DNA of 64,000 nucleotides from a virus (lineage: Duplodnaviria; Caudoviricetes). Of the stretch, positions 29,701-39,865 are shown piece after piece. The stretch lies in IMG/VR virus record IMGVR_UViG_3300043812_000026. The stretch is one strand, 5' to 3'. The notes under the pieces are model-generated. The model did no database searches and was not told the DNA's origin. It saw nothing but the letters and a program-made list of their open reading frames with translations. Position 1 is the stretch's first letter. Every line of letters starts with the position of its first letter. A program made the position numbers and the translations under genes.

Positions 29701-31035
29701 AGCGTTAATTATTTCAAATTTAGGATTAGGATTACCAGTAATATACTGTTTCCCAAGATCATATAAGTTTATAGCACCAATCCGATCATCATTAGTCTTA
29801 AAACCGCAATGGTCACAGATATATAGGTGTAATTTATGATTACGGTTATCCTTTCTAATTTGTCCACATCTAGGACAGCGTTGGCTTGTATATTGTGCTG
29901 GCACCTCTAGTACAGTTGATCCTACTAAGTTAGCCTTATATTTTAACTTTGTTTCTAAATCATAGAATGCCCACGAATGTAAATCTCTAATATTATCCTT
30001 AGACTGCATTCTTTGTTCAAAGGAAACATCAGTTAAGTCTTCTAAGACAAATAGTGTATTTTTACCACAGTGGTCAATAAGTGTCTTCGACAAACAATGA
30101 TTAACATCATTCATCCAGCGGTTCTCTTTTTGACCTAGTTTCTTTAATTTGTGCTTAGCAGACTTAGTACCACATTTTTGCAATTGTTGTCGTAAGTATT
30201 GATACTTCTTACGTCTATAAGCAATTGTCTTACCATTAAAGAACTTAGTATTACCTTGTTCATCATAGAGAGTCATGATCTGTCGTAACCCACGATCTAT
30301 ACCAACAATATGTTGGTTATTATCCTTAGTCCAATCTAGGCACTCCCGTTCATAGGAAATATGTAAATACCATTTACCTTGATTATGAACTAACTTAGCT
30401 CCACCCAGTTTAACTTGGTCATTAATAAGAATATTAATGTAAGTTTGGTCGTAATCAACCTTAATTCTTTTGCCAATAACATTCATGGAAATTTGTGTTG
30501 CATTCTTGACAAATGAGTAATTAGATTGACGAACATAATCAGCCTGTGGTCGCTTAAAATTAATTGGTTTTTGCAACCAACCTAAGTTTCGATATTGCTT
30601 ATACCACTTACCAGTATTCTTATCTTGATAATGATAGGGATGCTGTTTTATCTGTGTTTCTACGGTTTTATATCTAGCTACCACAGTCCTAAAAGTAGAT
30701 TGAACCATCAATGAATTTAATTCACTATTAGATCGTAACGGATAGTACATTTCTTTTTGAAATTCTTTCCTATTAGGCTTGAAATAGCTATCAAAATACC
30801 ATTGACTTACAATGTTACAAACTCGTTGATATTCCTTAGATACTGCTTTAAGCATACCAGCCTGTTCTTGGGTAGGATATAGTCTAACTTTAGCAGTTAA
30901 ATTTTGTATCATATTATCACCTCTTTTCTTTAATCACTAATTATATTATACAGTTTGATTAAAGCATTGTCAAATATAAAAAAGAGATAATTCATCTCGT
31001 CACTAAAGTAACGAGTTTTCTCATCTCCTTAATTC
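29545..31035 (-). mobile_element. IS200/IS605-family TnpB-only (IS1341-like) element
   Basis: Inserted 3' of TTTAT with no target duplication; subterminal hairpins at ~30997-31015 and ~29552-29570 share a CACTAAAGT core; right end ...GGTAGTTGAC. Confidence 0.9.
29692..30912 (-). CDS. tnpB: TnpB RNA-guided endonuclease
   Basis: N-terminal HTH (RLYPT.EQ), RuvC D (GIDRG), E (VLEDL), D (NDDRIGA), Zn ribbon CPRCG/CDHCG; own TTGACA/TATAAT promoter at ~30944-30973. Confidence 0.95.
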   Translation of the reverse strand: MIQNLTAKVRLYPTQEQAGMLKAVSKEYQRVCNIVSQWYFDSYFKPNRKEFQKEMYYPLRSNSELNSLMVQSTFRTVVARYKTVETQIKQHPYHYQDKNTGKWYKQYRNLGWLQKPINFKRPQADYVRQSNYSFVKNATQISMNVIGKRIKVDYDQTYINILINDQVKLGGAKLVHNQGKWYLHISYERECLDWTKDNNQHIVGIDRGLRQIMTLYDEQGNTKFFNGKTIAYRRKKYQYLRQQLQKCGTKSAKHKLKKLGQKENRWMNDVNHCLSKTLIDHCGKNTLFVLEDLTDVSFEQRMQSKDNIRDLHSWAFYDLETKLKYKANLVGSTVLEVPAQYTSQRCPRCGQIRKDNRNHKLHLYICDHCGFKTNDDRIGAINLYDLGKQYITGNPNPKFEIINAID

Positions 31036-31113
31036 ATAAAAAGCTATAAACAACCGTCATTATAAGGGTCATTAACAACCAATTATTAATTAGCTTTTTC
31101 ATCTGCGATTACC

Positions 31114-31449
31114 TTATTTCTTAGCTGTAGTAGTTGTCTTTTTAGCTGATGTTCTAGTAACTTTCTTAGTTGCTGTCTTCTTAGGCTTAGGTTCTTCTTT
31201 CTTTAAGGGCAAGAATCCCCACTCAGTATCATAAATCCCATGTTCTACGACTTTAACATTCTTAAAATCTGCTGTTAATTGTACAGTATAGGACTTGATA
31301 ACACCAGTATTAGGTTCTTTAACTCTGAAAGTAGGCAAACCATTAAGGCGATTGTATTCTTGGTCCTTAGCTCTAACTTCATACTGCTTAAAAGCCAAGC
31401 TGTCAATCAATTCATATGTTTTCTTTTCAACAATCCGTTTATTAATCAT
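31114..31449 (-). CDS. Hypothetical protein with Lys/Thr-rich basic tail
   Basis: SD AAGGAG; KKTATKKVTRTSAKKTTTTAKK. Confidence 0.7.
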   Translation of the reverse strand: MINKRIVEKKTYELIDSLAFKQYEVRAKDQEYNRLNGLPTFRVKEPNTGVIKSYTVQLTADFKNVKVVEHGIYDTEWGFLPLKKEEPKPKKTATKKVTRTSAKKTTTTAKK

Positions 31450-31451
31450 TT

Positions 31452-32018
31452 TTATCTCTCCTTGTATTTACGTCTAATATTTTCTTGCTTATTCTCGTGT
31501 AATTGTACCTTACGGGACACCTTTTTCTTACCTATTTTGCGTCCTTTACCGTAACCGGGGTTTTTATGAGTAACTCTGCTATCCAGAGAGTCATGAATAT
31601 TAAAAAAGTCACGTGAAGTGGTACGATAGCGATAATTATACATAATTGTAATATAGTTTTCAGATAAGACCTGTGCAGTAATGTAAAGTTTACCATTAAT
31701 CATTGCCCCAGTCCTTACTTGGTATATTTCAGTAGTGGTTGAAATAGTACCTTTCTGATCTATCTTTTTTAGCTGTAGTAGTTTTAAGTCAATCTTTTCA
31801 TACCTAGAGACCAATTCCAGACCATACTTTTCTGCGTTGTATAGGTCCTTTTTACTGGCTTTATTAATCTTAGTAAAGAAACCCTCTAAGTAATATCCTC
31901 TTTTACTATTTAAAAACCCTGCGCCGGTTAGCGACAGACCTTTGATGCCACTTTCGTTTTTCTGCTTTGCTATGAAACTCACCACCTGTTGTAGTATCGT
32001 GTGTATAGATATTGCCAA
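31452..32018 (-). CDS. Basic hypothetical protein (start uncertain, possibly ATA 31973)
   Basis: ORF; annotated start overlaps upstream gene by 113 nt. Confidence 0.65.
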   Translation of the reverse strand: MAISIHTILQQVVSFIAKQKNESGIKGLSLTGAGFLNSKRGYYLEGFFTKINKASKKDLYNAEKYGLELVSRYEKIDLKLLQLKKIDQKGTISTTTEIYQVRTGAMINGKLYITAQVLSENYITIMYNYRYRTTSRDFFNIHDSLDSRVTHKNPGYGKGRKIGKKKVSRKVQLHENKQENIRRKYKER

Positions 32019-32631
32019 AATGGTAACGTTGTAAAGATTTTTTAGAATCTAACATACCTTTGATATAAAGACTGGCAATTACTTTTTGTTGATTATCCCT
32101 ATTAAACATCTCGCCAAATAGATTTTCTGCTTCTACCCGTCTACGCTTTTCTCGGATATGAGTTTTAGCATTAAGGATAGCATTAAGTTCGCTAGACCAT
32201 AAAATGGAAGTAGTCCCTCTTAAAGTTACTTTAGGCGAAGGTTCAGCCTTTTTAATCATTCCTGTAATTGCTTGGTCTTCAAATTGCTCATAGCTAATAA
32301 TACCTACACAACTTAATTCTGGATTACTTTCAATCAGCTCTTTTACTTTTTTAACGTGGGAGTCGTGGCAATAAACATAAGTATATTTACAAACTCTTAT
32401 ATAATCTGCTAACTGATGAGGAAGTCTTCTGAGAGTATCATATTCAGTTTTAATTTCAATTCCAATGATACCCTTATTACTACTAAACAGTAGGCAATCA
32501 GCAATTGTTTTCCAGTTAATTGTCTTTTCGTAGATAATTAAGCTGTTACCAATTGGACCATAACGATCAAATAGGTTTTTATTATGTAAGATACTGTTTT
32601 TAATCTCATCTTCCATTAATCGTTTCATCAC
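31906..32631 (-). CDS. Sce7726-like PD-(D/E)XK-fold protein
   Basis: IADCLL..IGIEIKTEYDTLRRL..QL..Y motif. Confidence 0.7.
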   Translation of the reverse strand: MMKRLMEDEIKNSILHNKNLFDRYGPIGNSLIIYEKTINWKTIADCLLFSSNKGIIGIEIKTEYDTLRRLPHQLADYIRVCKYTYVYCHDSHVKKVKELIESNPELSCVGIISYEQFEDQAITGMIKKAEPSPKVTLRGTTSILWSSELNAILNAKTHIREKRRRVEAENLFGEMFNRDNQQKVIASLYIKGMLDSKKSLQRYHFGNIYTHDTTTGGEFHSKAEKRKWHQRSVANRRRVFK

Positions 32632-33197
32632 ATTGCCCCCGAAGAAGTTAATACATTAAAGTAAGGCATATAGGTACTGTATAAAGGTCCAATATACCCT
32701 TTCCAGCGATCGAATTGGTAAGTATCTTTTAACCATTTAACATTATTAAGACCAATGAATATACCAGTCTTTTCCATCTTTTCATATTTACCTGTCTTTG
32801 GTCCTACTAACACTTTTTTGTGCATTTCGGGGAAACCTAAGCCCCAATTACCAGTAACTGTATCAGTACCCCTAATGACTGGAGTAGTAAAAATAGCTGG
32901 CAAGTAGTTGAATTTACGTTTAACTTTTAACTTACGCTTATTATTGAGATGTTGAGCTAAGCTTGTTCCCTCATAAGGCTTTTCCTTAGTCTCTACTAGC
33001 ATTCGCTTCTTAAACAATACGTTTGGGTCCTTAGTTTGCTTATAAAGTTCAATTCCTTTAGTACCTAGTTCATAGGCAATTACTAATTTACCATCGTCAC
33101 CTTGGATTAAGTCTATATAGTAATAAGGCTCATTATCAACAATAACAACGCCTGATTGTACATCAAGCATCTTTTCCAGTTCGTTCATTCTTATCAC
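32628..33197 (-). CDS. Conserved hypothetical protein
   Basis: ORF in operon. Confidence 0.65.
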   Translation of the reverse strand: MIRMNELEKMLDVQSGVVIVDNEPYYYIDLIQGDDGKLVIAYELGTKGIELYKQTKDPNVLFKKRMLVETKEKPYEGTSLAQHLNNKRKLKVKRKFNYLPAIFTTPVIRGTDTVTGNWGLGFPEMHKKVLVGPKTGKYEKMEKTGIFIGLNNVKWLKDTYQFDRWKGYIGPLYSTYMPYFNVLTSSGAM

Positions 33198-33534
33198 CCA
33201 TTACTTTATGTTCATAATATTTAAGTCTAGCTTTATACTGATAAGCGATAAACTTACGGACGATTACAGAGTCAATAATATCTCTTACCCAGAAAGCTAA
33301 AATTAAGCCAATAATAAATGCAACTTCATTTTCAAGCCCTAAGTAAGTGTATACAATGTATATACCAGTTACTCCTAATAGAATGGTTAAGGTATAAGAG
33401 ATTAAGATACTAACACTGTAAACGTTTCTTTGGAATCTGGTTATGTTTTGCTTATCTTGTCTAATATTAGTATAAGCAGAGATACCTTCAAAGATTTCAA
33501 CTATAATATAAGTAATTATACAATATTGTATCAT
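33163..33534 (-). CDS. Membrane protein
   Basis: Three hydrophobic segments. Confidence 0.7.
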   Translation of the reverse strand: MIQYCIITYIIVEIFEGISAYTNIRQDKQNITRFQRNVYSVSILISYTLTILLGVTGIYIVYTYLGLENEVAFIIGLILAFWVRDIIDSVIVRKFIAYQYKARLKYYEHKVMGDKNERTGKDA

Positions 33535-34166
33535 TAGTCTGTTATCACCTCTTTATTGTCCTCTGTTTTTACTTCACCGTCTAAGGCAATAGGTAAATTC
33601 ATAATTTTACCATCGAAGTCTTTAATGTGTTCATTAACATAAGCTTGAGCAGAGTCTTTACTAGAAAAAGTAAGAACAGCATTAAGCTCATCAGACCAGA
33701 ATAGTTGGTTGTCATTAGTTAATAAGTAGTAAGCACCACTAATACAGTTATTTTCCCGTTGGAACCCTTGAATAATCTTACTATCAATTAAATGCTGTGC
33801 TTCTAACTTCTGTAATTCATTTGATTTTTTGTTATTACCGAATTCTTCGTATAGGTCTGCTAAGTTCTCAGTATTAGACAAGAACATAACTTCCTTTTCA
33901 CCTTTTTCGTTTAGACGACTTACCACTAATTCGTCATAATTATAAAATAGTTCCTGTTGTCCTAAGTTATACATTGTTTCACCTAGCACAACTATACCAA
34001 TAACTAAGAGGACTAACCAAGCCCAAACACCCCACATAGGTATAGTATACCCAGTAACAATGGCAATAATTAGCAATGTAAATAATGCGATTAATAAACC
34101 AAAAGACCAATGAAATCTGTTAATTAATTTATCATATGGAATATTCATAATTTTATTATCTTTCAT
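33534..34166 (-). CDS. Membrane protein
   Basis: Two N-terminal TM segments. Confidence 0.7.
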   Translation of the reverse strand: MKDNKIMNIPYDKLINRFHWSFGLLIALFTLLIIAIVTGYTIPMWGVWAWLVLLVIGIVVLGETMYNLGQQELFYNYDELVVSRLNEKGEKEVMFLSNTENLADLYEEFGNNKKSNELQKLEAQHLIDSKIIQGFQRENNCISGAYYLLTNDNQLFWSDELNAVLTFSSKDSAQAYVNEHIKDFDGKIMNLPIALDGEVKTEDNKEVITD

Positions 34167-34232
34167 TAAATTAAAAACCTCACTAAATTTATTAACTTAA
34201 TTATAGCTAATAAATAGTGAGGTTTAATTATT

Positions 34233-35723
34233 TTATAGGTTTACTACCAATGGTGTAATTGTTTCTGGAGTAACATTTAACATTACTTGACTAGCAGAAG
34301 CATAGCACCCTAGTCGATCGCTGTATTCTGTAGGACCAATCAGCGACCCTGACTGAACTACTAGCCCATTATTTTCTTTAATCATTAATGAATGTAAATG
34401 ACCTCCTACCAATGCGTCTAAAGTAGTATGTTCAAATGCTCCAACCTTAGCAAGACAGTTGTTGTCATTAACCTTATCTAAATCTCCATGAACAAAAGCT
34501 AAATTATGACCTTGCACATTAACAATATGACGGTATTCTGTATCTGGATTAATGACTTTAAAATTAGTCATTGCTTTATTAGTATTTTTAAAGCTCTTAG
34601 TTAATTCTCGTGCTACTACAGCAACACTATCACCGTAGAGTTGATCTTTTTTATTAGGAGCAAAGCGATCATGATTACCTGCCAATTCAGTAAATTCAAA
34701 TTGAATATTAGGAAAACTAATCGCTAAGCTGGATAAGAAACTATCTTGTAATTCGGTAGCTTTAACAATCTGATTAGACAATTCAAATTCAGTGTAGTAA
34801 CCTTGGTTTTGTCTCATCTGGGAATTTTCAATTAAGTCACCTAGGTTAATAATCTTAATATTACTTGGCTTGTATAATTGAACAGCCCGACAAATAGCTT
34901 GAATGTATTTATCTAAACGCTGTTGAGCAATCGCATAGCTGTATTCATTATTCTTAAGTTCTACTTTAGCTCCAATGTGCCAGTCAGATGTAATAATAAT
35001 TAAAGTGTCATTATTATTAACACCAAGATTATCTTTTACATATCTATTAGTACGAATAACTCGGGGCTTACTAATATTCTTAATTAGTTCTCGACTAAAG
35101 ATCGTTTGATCTGTTAATTTACGTTGTAATTTATTAAGCTCACGATTTTTATTTTGTAATTCCCGTTTCTTAATCTGGTATTCGCCTAATTCGCTACCAA
35201 AGGCTTTATTAACAAATTGTTGTTCTGTTGCTGAAAGCTCTTGTCTAGGAGACTGTTCTAATTCGTCTTTACGTCTCATGACTAATTCTTTAAAGTCTCT
35301 ACTTGGCGAGAAGACTAAATCTAATTCTTTAGCCTTGGCTCTAACCTTACGCCATGAAATAGATTTACTAGGACTAGCATTTTCTAATTCTCTAACAATC
35401 ATCACAACCTTATCCAATTCCGTTGTCGGAATAGACAAAACTTCATCTCTAGTATTAACATAATGAACTTTAACTGGAGAAGAAGTTAAACCCAGAACAG
35501 ATTCAATAGTTTCACTACCCTCTTTAACACTCATATATACTTTATGAGCGCTACTATCTTTATCAGATAGGTTACTAATGAATTGATCTAGGTCTTTAGA
35601 GTTGATTGTTTTTTGACTATAGTCTCTTAAATAAGAGTTAATGATACCAAGAGAAACTTGGTTATTAAATTTACGAGCAATATCACCTAAAATTGCATAT
35701 ACAAGCTTTGTATTGATTAGCAA
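34233..35723 (-). CDS. Calcineurin-like metallophosphoesterase with N-terminal helical/coiled-coil region
   Basis: SDWHIG, LGDLIE, GNHDR, HGD, GHLH. Confidence 0.88.
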   Translation of the reverse strand: MLINTKLVYAILGDIARKFNNQVSLGIINSYLRDYSQKTINSKDLDQFISNLSDKDSSAHKVYMSVKEGSETIESVLGLTSSPVKVHYVNTRDEVLSIPTTELDKVVMIVRELENASPSKSISWRKVRAKAKELDLVFSPSRDFKELVMRRKDELEQSPRQELSATEQQFVNKAFGSELGEYQIKKRELQNKNRELNKLQRKLTDQTIFSRELIKNISKPRVIRTNRYVKDNLGVNNNDTLIIITSDWHIGAKVELKNNEYSYAIAQQRLDKYIQAICRAVQLYKPSNIKIINLGDLIENSQMRQNQGYYTEFELSNQIVKATELQDSFLSSLAISFPNIQFEFTELAGNHDRFAPNKKDQLYGDSVAVVARELTKSFKNTNKAMTNFKVINPDTEYRHIVNVQGHNLAFVHGDLDKVNDNNCLAKVGAFEHTTLDALVGGHLHSLMIKENNGLVVQSGSLIGPTEYSDRLGCYASASQVMLNVTPETITPLVVNL

Positions 35724-35731
35724 ACCTTCCC

Positions 35732-36634
35732 TTACTCTAACGAATTAAGTAATAGGTTTTTTAAGTTAATCTCTGATACAGCATAGCCGACTTTGCTAAT
35801 TGGCTGTTTAGGTATAAAAGTATTATTTGTCAAGAATTCTTTGAGTTTTTCATTATTGTAAGCACTAGGATGTAACACTAGGTACTTAGCGACTGAATTC
35901 TTCGAAGCTTTAATATCAAACGTAACCAATACATCAGCTTGCTGGTATTGACCTAATACGAAGCGAGACTTACGATAGTCTCCTTCTTCTCTAGCAATAA
36001 CAATATAAGTGTCATAATACTTAATCATTGTACTATCTGGTTTAGTATACATATTAATCACTTTAGGCATATAGTAATAAAGTTTGTTAGATTGTAAGTA
36101 AAAATGAGTATTAACTACAACCTTAGTGTTAATAAAATTATAAACGTCTTTAGTATCTAGGTCAGGGATTTTTAGTCCATATTCTAATTTATCCAGTTCA
36201 TCAATCAAGTTATATGATTTATTGTGTTCTTGGTCAAATAGAATTGGTAAAATTCCTGTAAAGTAAGATACCATTGCTAAAACGTTAGGTCTCATATCAT
36301 CAGAGTAATAACTAAAACCATACCCTTCACATATTATACTACAATTTGAGATATTTTTAACAGTTTTTTCATAATTTGTCCAATAAGGATTAAAAGAAAT
36401 AAACTCTTGACCTGCTAAACTAGATAGGTTAGTTTGTGGCGATAAAGCAATTCCAATCAAAATGATTTTAACGGGCTGTTGGGAAGTAATACCCTCTAAT
36501 TGACTTAGATAACTAATAGAATACATATCAACCTTATATCCCTTATTAAGGTAATAGGCTTTAGCTAGTAAACCAGCTAAATAACTTACTCTATCTGTGT
36601 GGTGATAGATAATAACAGGTTTTTTAGTAGCCAT
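35732..36634 (-). CDS. Hypothetical protein, possibly degenerate DHH-fold
   Basis: VIIYHHTD..SYLA N-terminus; DHH motif not evident. Confidence 0.5.
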   Translation of the reverse strand: MATKKPVIIYHHTDRVSYLAGLLAKAYYLNKGYKVDMYSISYLSQLEGITSQQPVKIILIGIALSPQTNLSSLAGQEFISFNPYWTNYEKTVKNISNCSIICEGYGFSYYSDDMRPNVLAMVSYFTGILPILFDQEHNKSYNLIDELDKLEYGLKIPDLDTKDVYNFINTKVVVNTHFYLQSNKLYYYMPKVINMYTKPDSTMIKYYDTYIVIAREEGDYRKSRFVLGQYQQADVLVTFDIKASKNSVAKYLVLHPSAYNNEKLKEFLTNNTFIPKQPISKVGYAVSEINLKNLLLNSLE

Positions 36635-36751
36635 TATTACACATCCTTTCTCTTTTATATTTTAAGTATAACACTTTTAGTTAAATATTCAACTGTTTTT
36701 GTACAAAGGGCAAAAATAAAAAGAGGTTAAATTAATAACCCCTTTTATTGA

Positions 36752-36964
36752 TTATCTACCTGCTTGAACGTTGAAAGCAGGAACTTTAGCAGTATCACCG
36801 ATGACTTTACCATCTGTGTAGGCTACTGTATATTCCCCTTCTTTAACTGCTTGACCAGCTTTTAAGCCTTTAATATTTACAGTGTTCTTACCAATATCAC
36901 CTTGAGCTACTAAGCTACCGGCTTGGTTAAACACTTCTAAGATTAATCCTTGTCCGTTATCCAT
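36752..36964 (-). CDS. Small FN3/Ig-like virion accessory protein
   Basis: Paralog of the N-terminal domains of the three upstream genes. Confidence 0.65.
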   Translation of the reverse strand: MDNGQGLILEVFNQAGSLVAQGDIGKNTVNIKGLKAGQAVKEGEYTVAYTDGKVIGDTAKVPAFNVQAGR

Positions 36965-36977
36965 GTTTTAAATCCCT

Positions 36978-37229
36978 CTATTCTGCGCTAATTGTTGTTC
37001 TCTTACTACTTGCAACTACTTTAATATTTGTTGGTTTTTCAATTGCCTTATTTAAGATAATTTCTGGTACGTCTACTAATTCAGACCTATTAATACCGTC
37101 ACTAAAGGCTACTTTATAATCCCCAGCTTTAACGTTTTCTTTAGTGACAAAAGTAACCGTATTACCTTGCCCCACATTAACCAAGCGACCGTTCTTAAAT
37201 AAGAGTAATTGTAGTCCTTGATTATCCAT
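36978..37229 (-). CDS. Small FN3/Ig-like virion accessory protein with C-terminal tag
   Basis: GDYKVAF..G..SELVDVP; ends KPTNIKVVASSKRTTISAE. Confidence 0.65.
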   Translation of the reverse strand: MDNQGLQLLLFKNGRLVNVGQGNTVTFVTKENVKAGDYKVAFSDGINRSELVDVPEIILNKAIEKPTNIKVVASSKRTTISAE

Positions 37230-37250
37230 TAGCTATTTATTTCTTTAACC

Positions 37251-37822
37251 TTATACTGAAGCTGGGCTTGCTGGAGTAGCTGATGTAGGCTCATTACTTT
37301 CTGCTGGTTGACTAGAGGCTGGTTCTGGAGCAGGGGCGGGTTTAGCTGTAACTTCTACATTTTGGGTTAACTTAGCCCCACCGTCTGCTGATGTCCAATT
37401 AAAGGTAGTTCTACCCGCTTTAACTAGATGAGCAGAAAATGCGTGCTTAGCGTCATCCCACTTAATAGTAGCAATACTTTCATCTGCACTAACAGCACTA
37501 ACAGTATTATTAGTAACATCACTTGGATTAATGCTAGTAACTGTAACATTTAAGTCGTCACCTTCGGTACCTGTAATAGTATCTGGGGCTAAGGTGAAAC
37601 TTTCCATTAGAATAGCTAAAGTCTTAAAGTCTGGGCACACTAATTTTATCGCTAGTATCTCCATTTTCCTTAACCCAAGCCTACTGTGTATGAACCGTCT
37701 GGATAATCAGTATTAGGAATTAAATCAGTAATCTCTACCTGTTTAGCTCCCTTTTCTCCAGTAGCAATTACTCTATTATCTTTGTCATAAATTACTAAGT
37801 GTTCGTTTGTTCTATCTTCCAT
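37251..37822 (-). CDS. Ig-like (Big_2-type) virion protein, two +1 frameshifts (~37680, ~37634)
   Basis: SD GGAGG before ATG 37822 (MEDRTNEHL); corrected 189 aa aligns with paralog 37837-38430. Confidence 0.72.
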
Positions 37823-37836
37823 TTACTCGTACCCTC

Positions 37837-38430
37837 CTAATTTACTTTAATTGTAGCTGAATTACTCTTACTATCTACAGTTACTTCTTCTGGGGCTTCT
37901 GGTTTAGGTCTTACTTCTACAGATAGGTCAAAAGTAGCTCCACCACCGTCTAAAGCAGTAAATACAATATCTGTTTCTCCTTCTTTTACAAAGTTAATAT
38001 CATAAGTACCCCGTTGACTATTATACTTAGCGAGGGCAATATCTTCGTCTTTACTTTCTGCTTTAACATTAACATTAGAAGTATTAGTTGGCTTGTAGTT
38101 ACCCGGAAGAACAGACTTAACTTCGCCTTCTACACCACTAATCTCTTTACCTACGTCAATATCAAAACTTTCCATAATGACGGGTTTAGTTCTAAAAGCT
38201 GGTAGTTGCATCCGCCCGCTACCATTACCTTGTTCACTGTAGTAAGCAACACTATAAGATCCTGCTGGATAAAACGTGTCAGGCTGAAGACCAATGATTA
38301 CAACTTTGTTTTCACCAGCTTTACCAATACCAATTTTGTCAGGAGACTCTAAGCCCTTAAAAGCGACCATACGCTGTTTGGTTCGATCACCAGACATGAT
38401 AAATTTTGGTTCATACTGAAAAGGTAGCAT
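37837..38430 (-). CDS. Ig-like (Big_2-type) virion protein
   Basis: GLQPDTFYP.GSY domain; P.N.SN.NV..ES.DEDIA..TA.DGG Big_2-like domain. Confidence 0.78.
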   Translation of the reverse strand: MLPFQYEPKFIMSGDRTKQRMVAFKGLESPDKIGIGKAGENKVVIIGLQPDTFYPAGSYSVAYYSEQGNGSGRMQLPAFRTKPVIMESFDIDVGKEISGVEGEVKSVLPGNYKPTNTSNVNVKAESKDEDIALAKYNSQRGTYDINFVKEGETDIVFTALDGGGATFDLSVEVRPKPEAPEEVTVDSKSNSATIKVN

Positions 38431-38452
38431 CTATCCTACTCCTTTCATTTTA

Positions 38453-39037
38453 TTACTTTTCTTTATCTGTACTTACTGTTGCTGATTTAGTCTTTGAATC
38501 TACGGTTGGGCTTTGTGGGGCTGACGGCTTAGCTGGTTTGGTTGATGCAGATTCGCCATTTTCTTTTAAATCAGCTACTAATTCAGCAAGGGTTACCAAA
38601 CGTGAGTCATAACCAGAAATGTTGTAAGTACCATGAATATGGGCTTCTAAAGCTTCTAACATAGGTTGCCCAGCATCTGTACCATAGTACTTAGATTTGC
38701 GTAATACGTGGTAAGCCTCAAATGGTTGTTGTTCTTTATGATCTTGTTTCCAGATAATTTCTTTCTTATCTGCATCAGTTGTAACAACTAATTCACCCTT
38801 AGTTGGGTCACTAGCTTGTTCTAGCTTTTTGAGATGGTAGATGTCTGTACCAACGATTCCAAAAATTAATACGTCTGCACCGCGTGGATCAAATAAATCA
38901 CCAAAGTCTGTAACATCTTTAATAACAACAAACTTCGTATTTAAATCACTTGCCTTTACCTTACTTGCCTTTACAATTAAATCTCTTAAAGCGTCATTAC
39001 GAGCCTTTTCTGCTTTTTCTGCGGAATGTAATTCCAT
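38453..39037 (-). CDS. Putative virion protein with C-terminal PSAP tag
   Basis: Position after sigma factor as in Twort-like phages; ends PSAPQSPTVDSKTKSATVS. Confidence 0.6.
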   Translation of the reverse strand: MELHSAEKAEKARNDALRDLIVKASKVKASDLNTKFVVIKDVTDFGDLFDPRGADVLIFGIVGTDIYHLKKLEQASDPTKGELVVTTDADKKEIIWKQDHKEQQPFEAYHVLRKSKYYGTDAGQPMLEALEAHIHGTYNISGYDSRLVTLAELVADLKENGESASTKPAKPSAPQSPTVDSKTKSATVSTDKEK

Positions 39038-39106
39038 GTTATTTCATCCTCTCTTTTGTTATCTTTTTCTAATATAGTTACTTTTAGCCTTATTATTAGA
39101 ATTTGA

Positions 39107-39865
39107 TTAAAGATAAGCTCTCATTAGCTTAACTAAAGTACCATATTCTTTTTCTAATTCACTCTTACTTAAACGATATTGTTCTTTTACTTTATCCTTT
39201 GCCTCTTTAGCTGTTAATCCGTCTTTAGCAATATAATCTACTAGAGAATGCAGTTCAGGGTCATTATATCCTTGGAGCTTAAAAGCAGAATGAATTTCAG
39301 CTAAGCTATTATCCATTTCATTGGTATTAGGTGTATCAATAGCCTCTGAAACAATTCCTCGAACTTTACCGTCTTTACGTTGTACACGATTATACTTACT
39401 CTTACGTGAATAACTAAAAGTAACGGGAGCTTTTCCATATTGCAAATCCGCTATCTCTTCGACACTCTTGTTACCATCTTTTAAAGGCGTAATATGGGAC
39501 TTATAGTCTTGAATAGAGTCTAAGTAGCTTCCTCTAATTCTTGTAGGAAGCATTTTAGCTATATAGCCCGGAAAGTCCATTCCATTGCTCATATCAAACT
39601 CTCTTACAAGGTCAATAAATACCTCAGTGATGTAAGCATATAAATCTTGTCTTTCAGCGTAGGTCATATTAATGTTACCGAACCTACGTCCCATGTTATG
39701 AATTAAGTTAGAATATTGTTTAATTAATTGTTCGTAGTCCCTTACAAAAGTAATGTTATGGTTGCTGTTACCAATATAAACACCGTTTAAGCTATTAAAT
39801 ACGTTTTTGTTATCAGTATTATATCCAGTAATCCGATCTTTTTTATTAATCTTTTTTCTTGCCAT
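39107..39865 (-). CDS. Phage RNA polymerase sigma factor
   Basis: Region-2-like LIKQYSNLIH..ERQDL..F.DLVREFD...DFPGYI; synteny after recA. Confidence 0.8.
   Translation of the reverse strand: MARKKINKKDRITGYNTDNKNVFNSLNGVYIGNSNHNITFVRDYEQLIKQYSNLIHNMGRRFGNINMTYAERQDLYAYITEVFIDLVREFDMSNGMDFPGYIAKMLPTRIRGSYLDSIQDYKSHITPLKDGNKSVEEIADLQYGKAPVTFSYSRKSKYNRVQRKDGKVRGIVSEAIDTPNTNEMDNSLAEIHSAFKLQGYNDPELHSLVDYIAKDGLTAKEAKDKVKEQYRLSKSELEKEYGTLVKLMRAYL

Larger units (their letters stand above)
29405..31102 (-). pseudogene. 68-aa membrane protein gene interrupted by the IS element
   Basis: 31102-31036 plus 29544-29405 rejoin in frame: MKKLINNWLLMTLIMTVVYSFLWQGIVFAGYLIGYVLGLPHVQMLELTTALGFVTGASLPILINYHRR*. 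Confidence 0.85.

Noticed and set aside
29545-31035. IStron (group I intron-TnpB hybrid)
   Set aside because: Only ~120 nt precede tnpB, no intron core is visible, and the element ends in C rather than G
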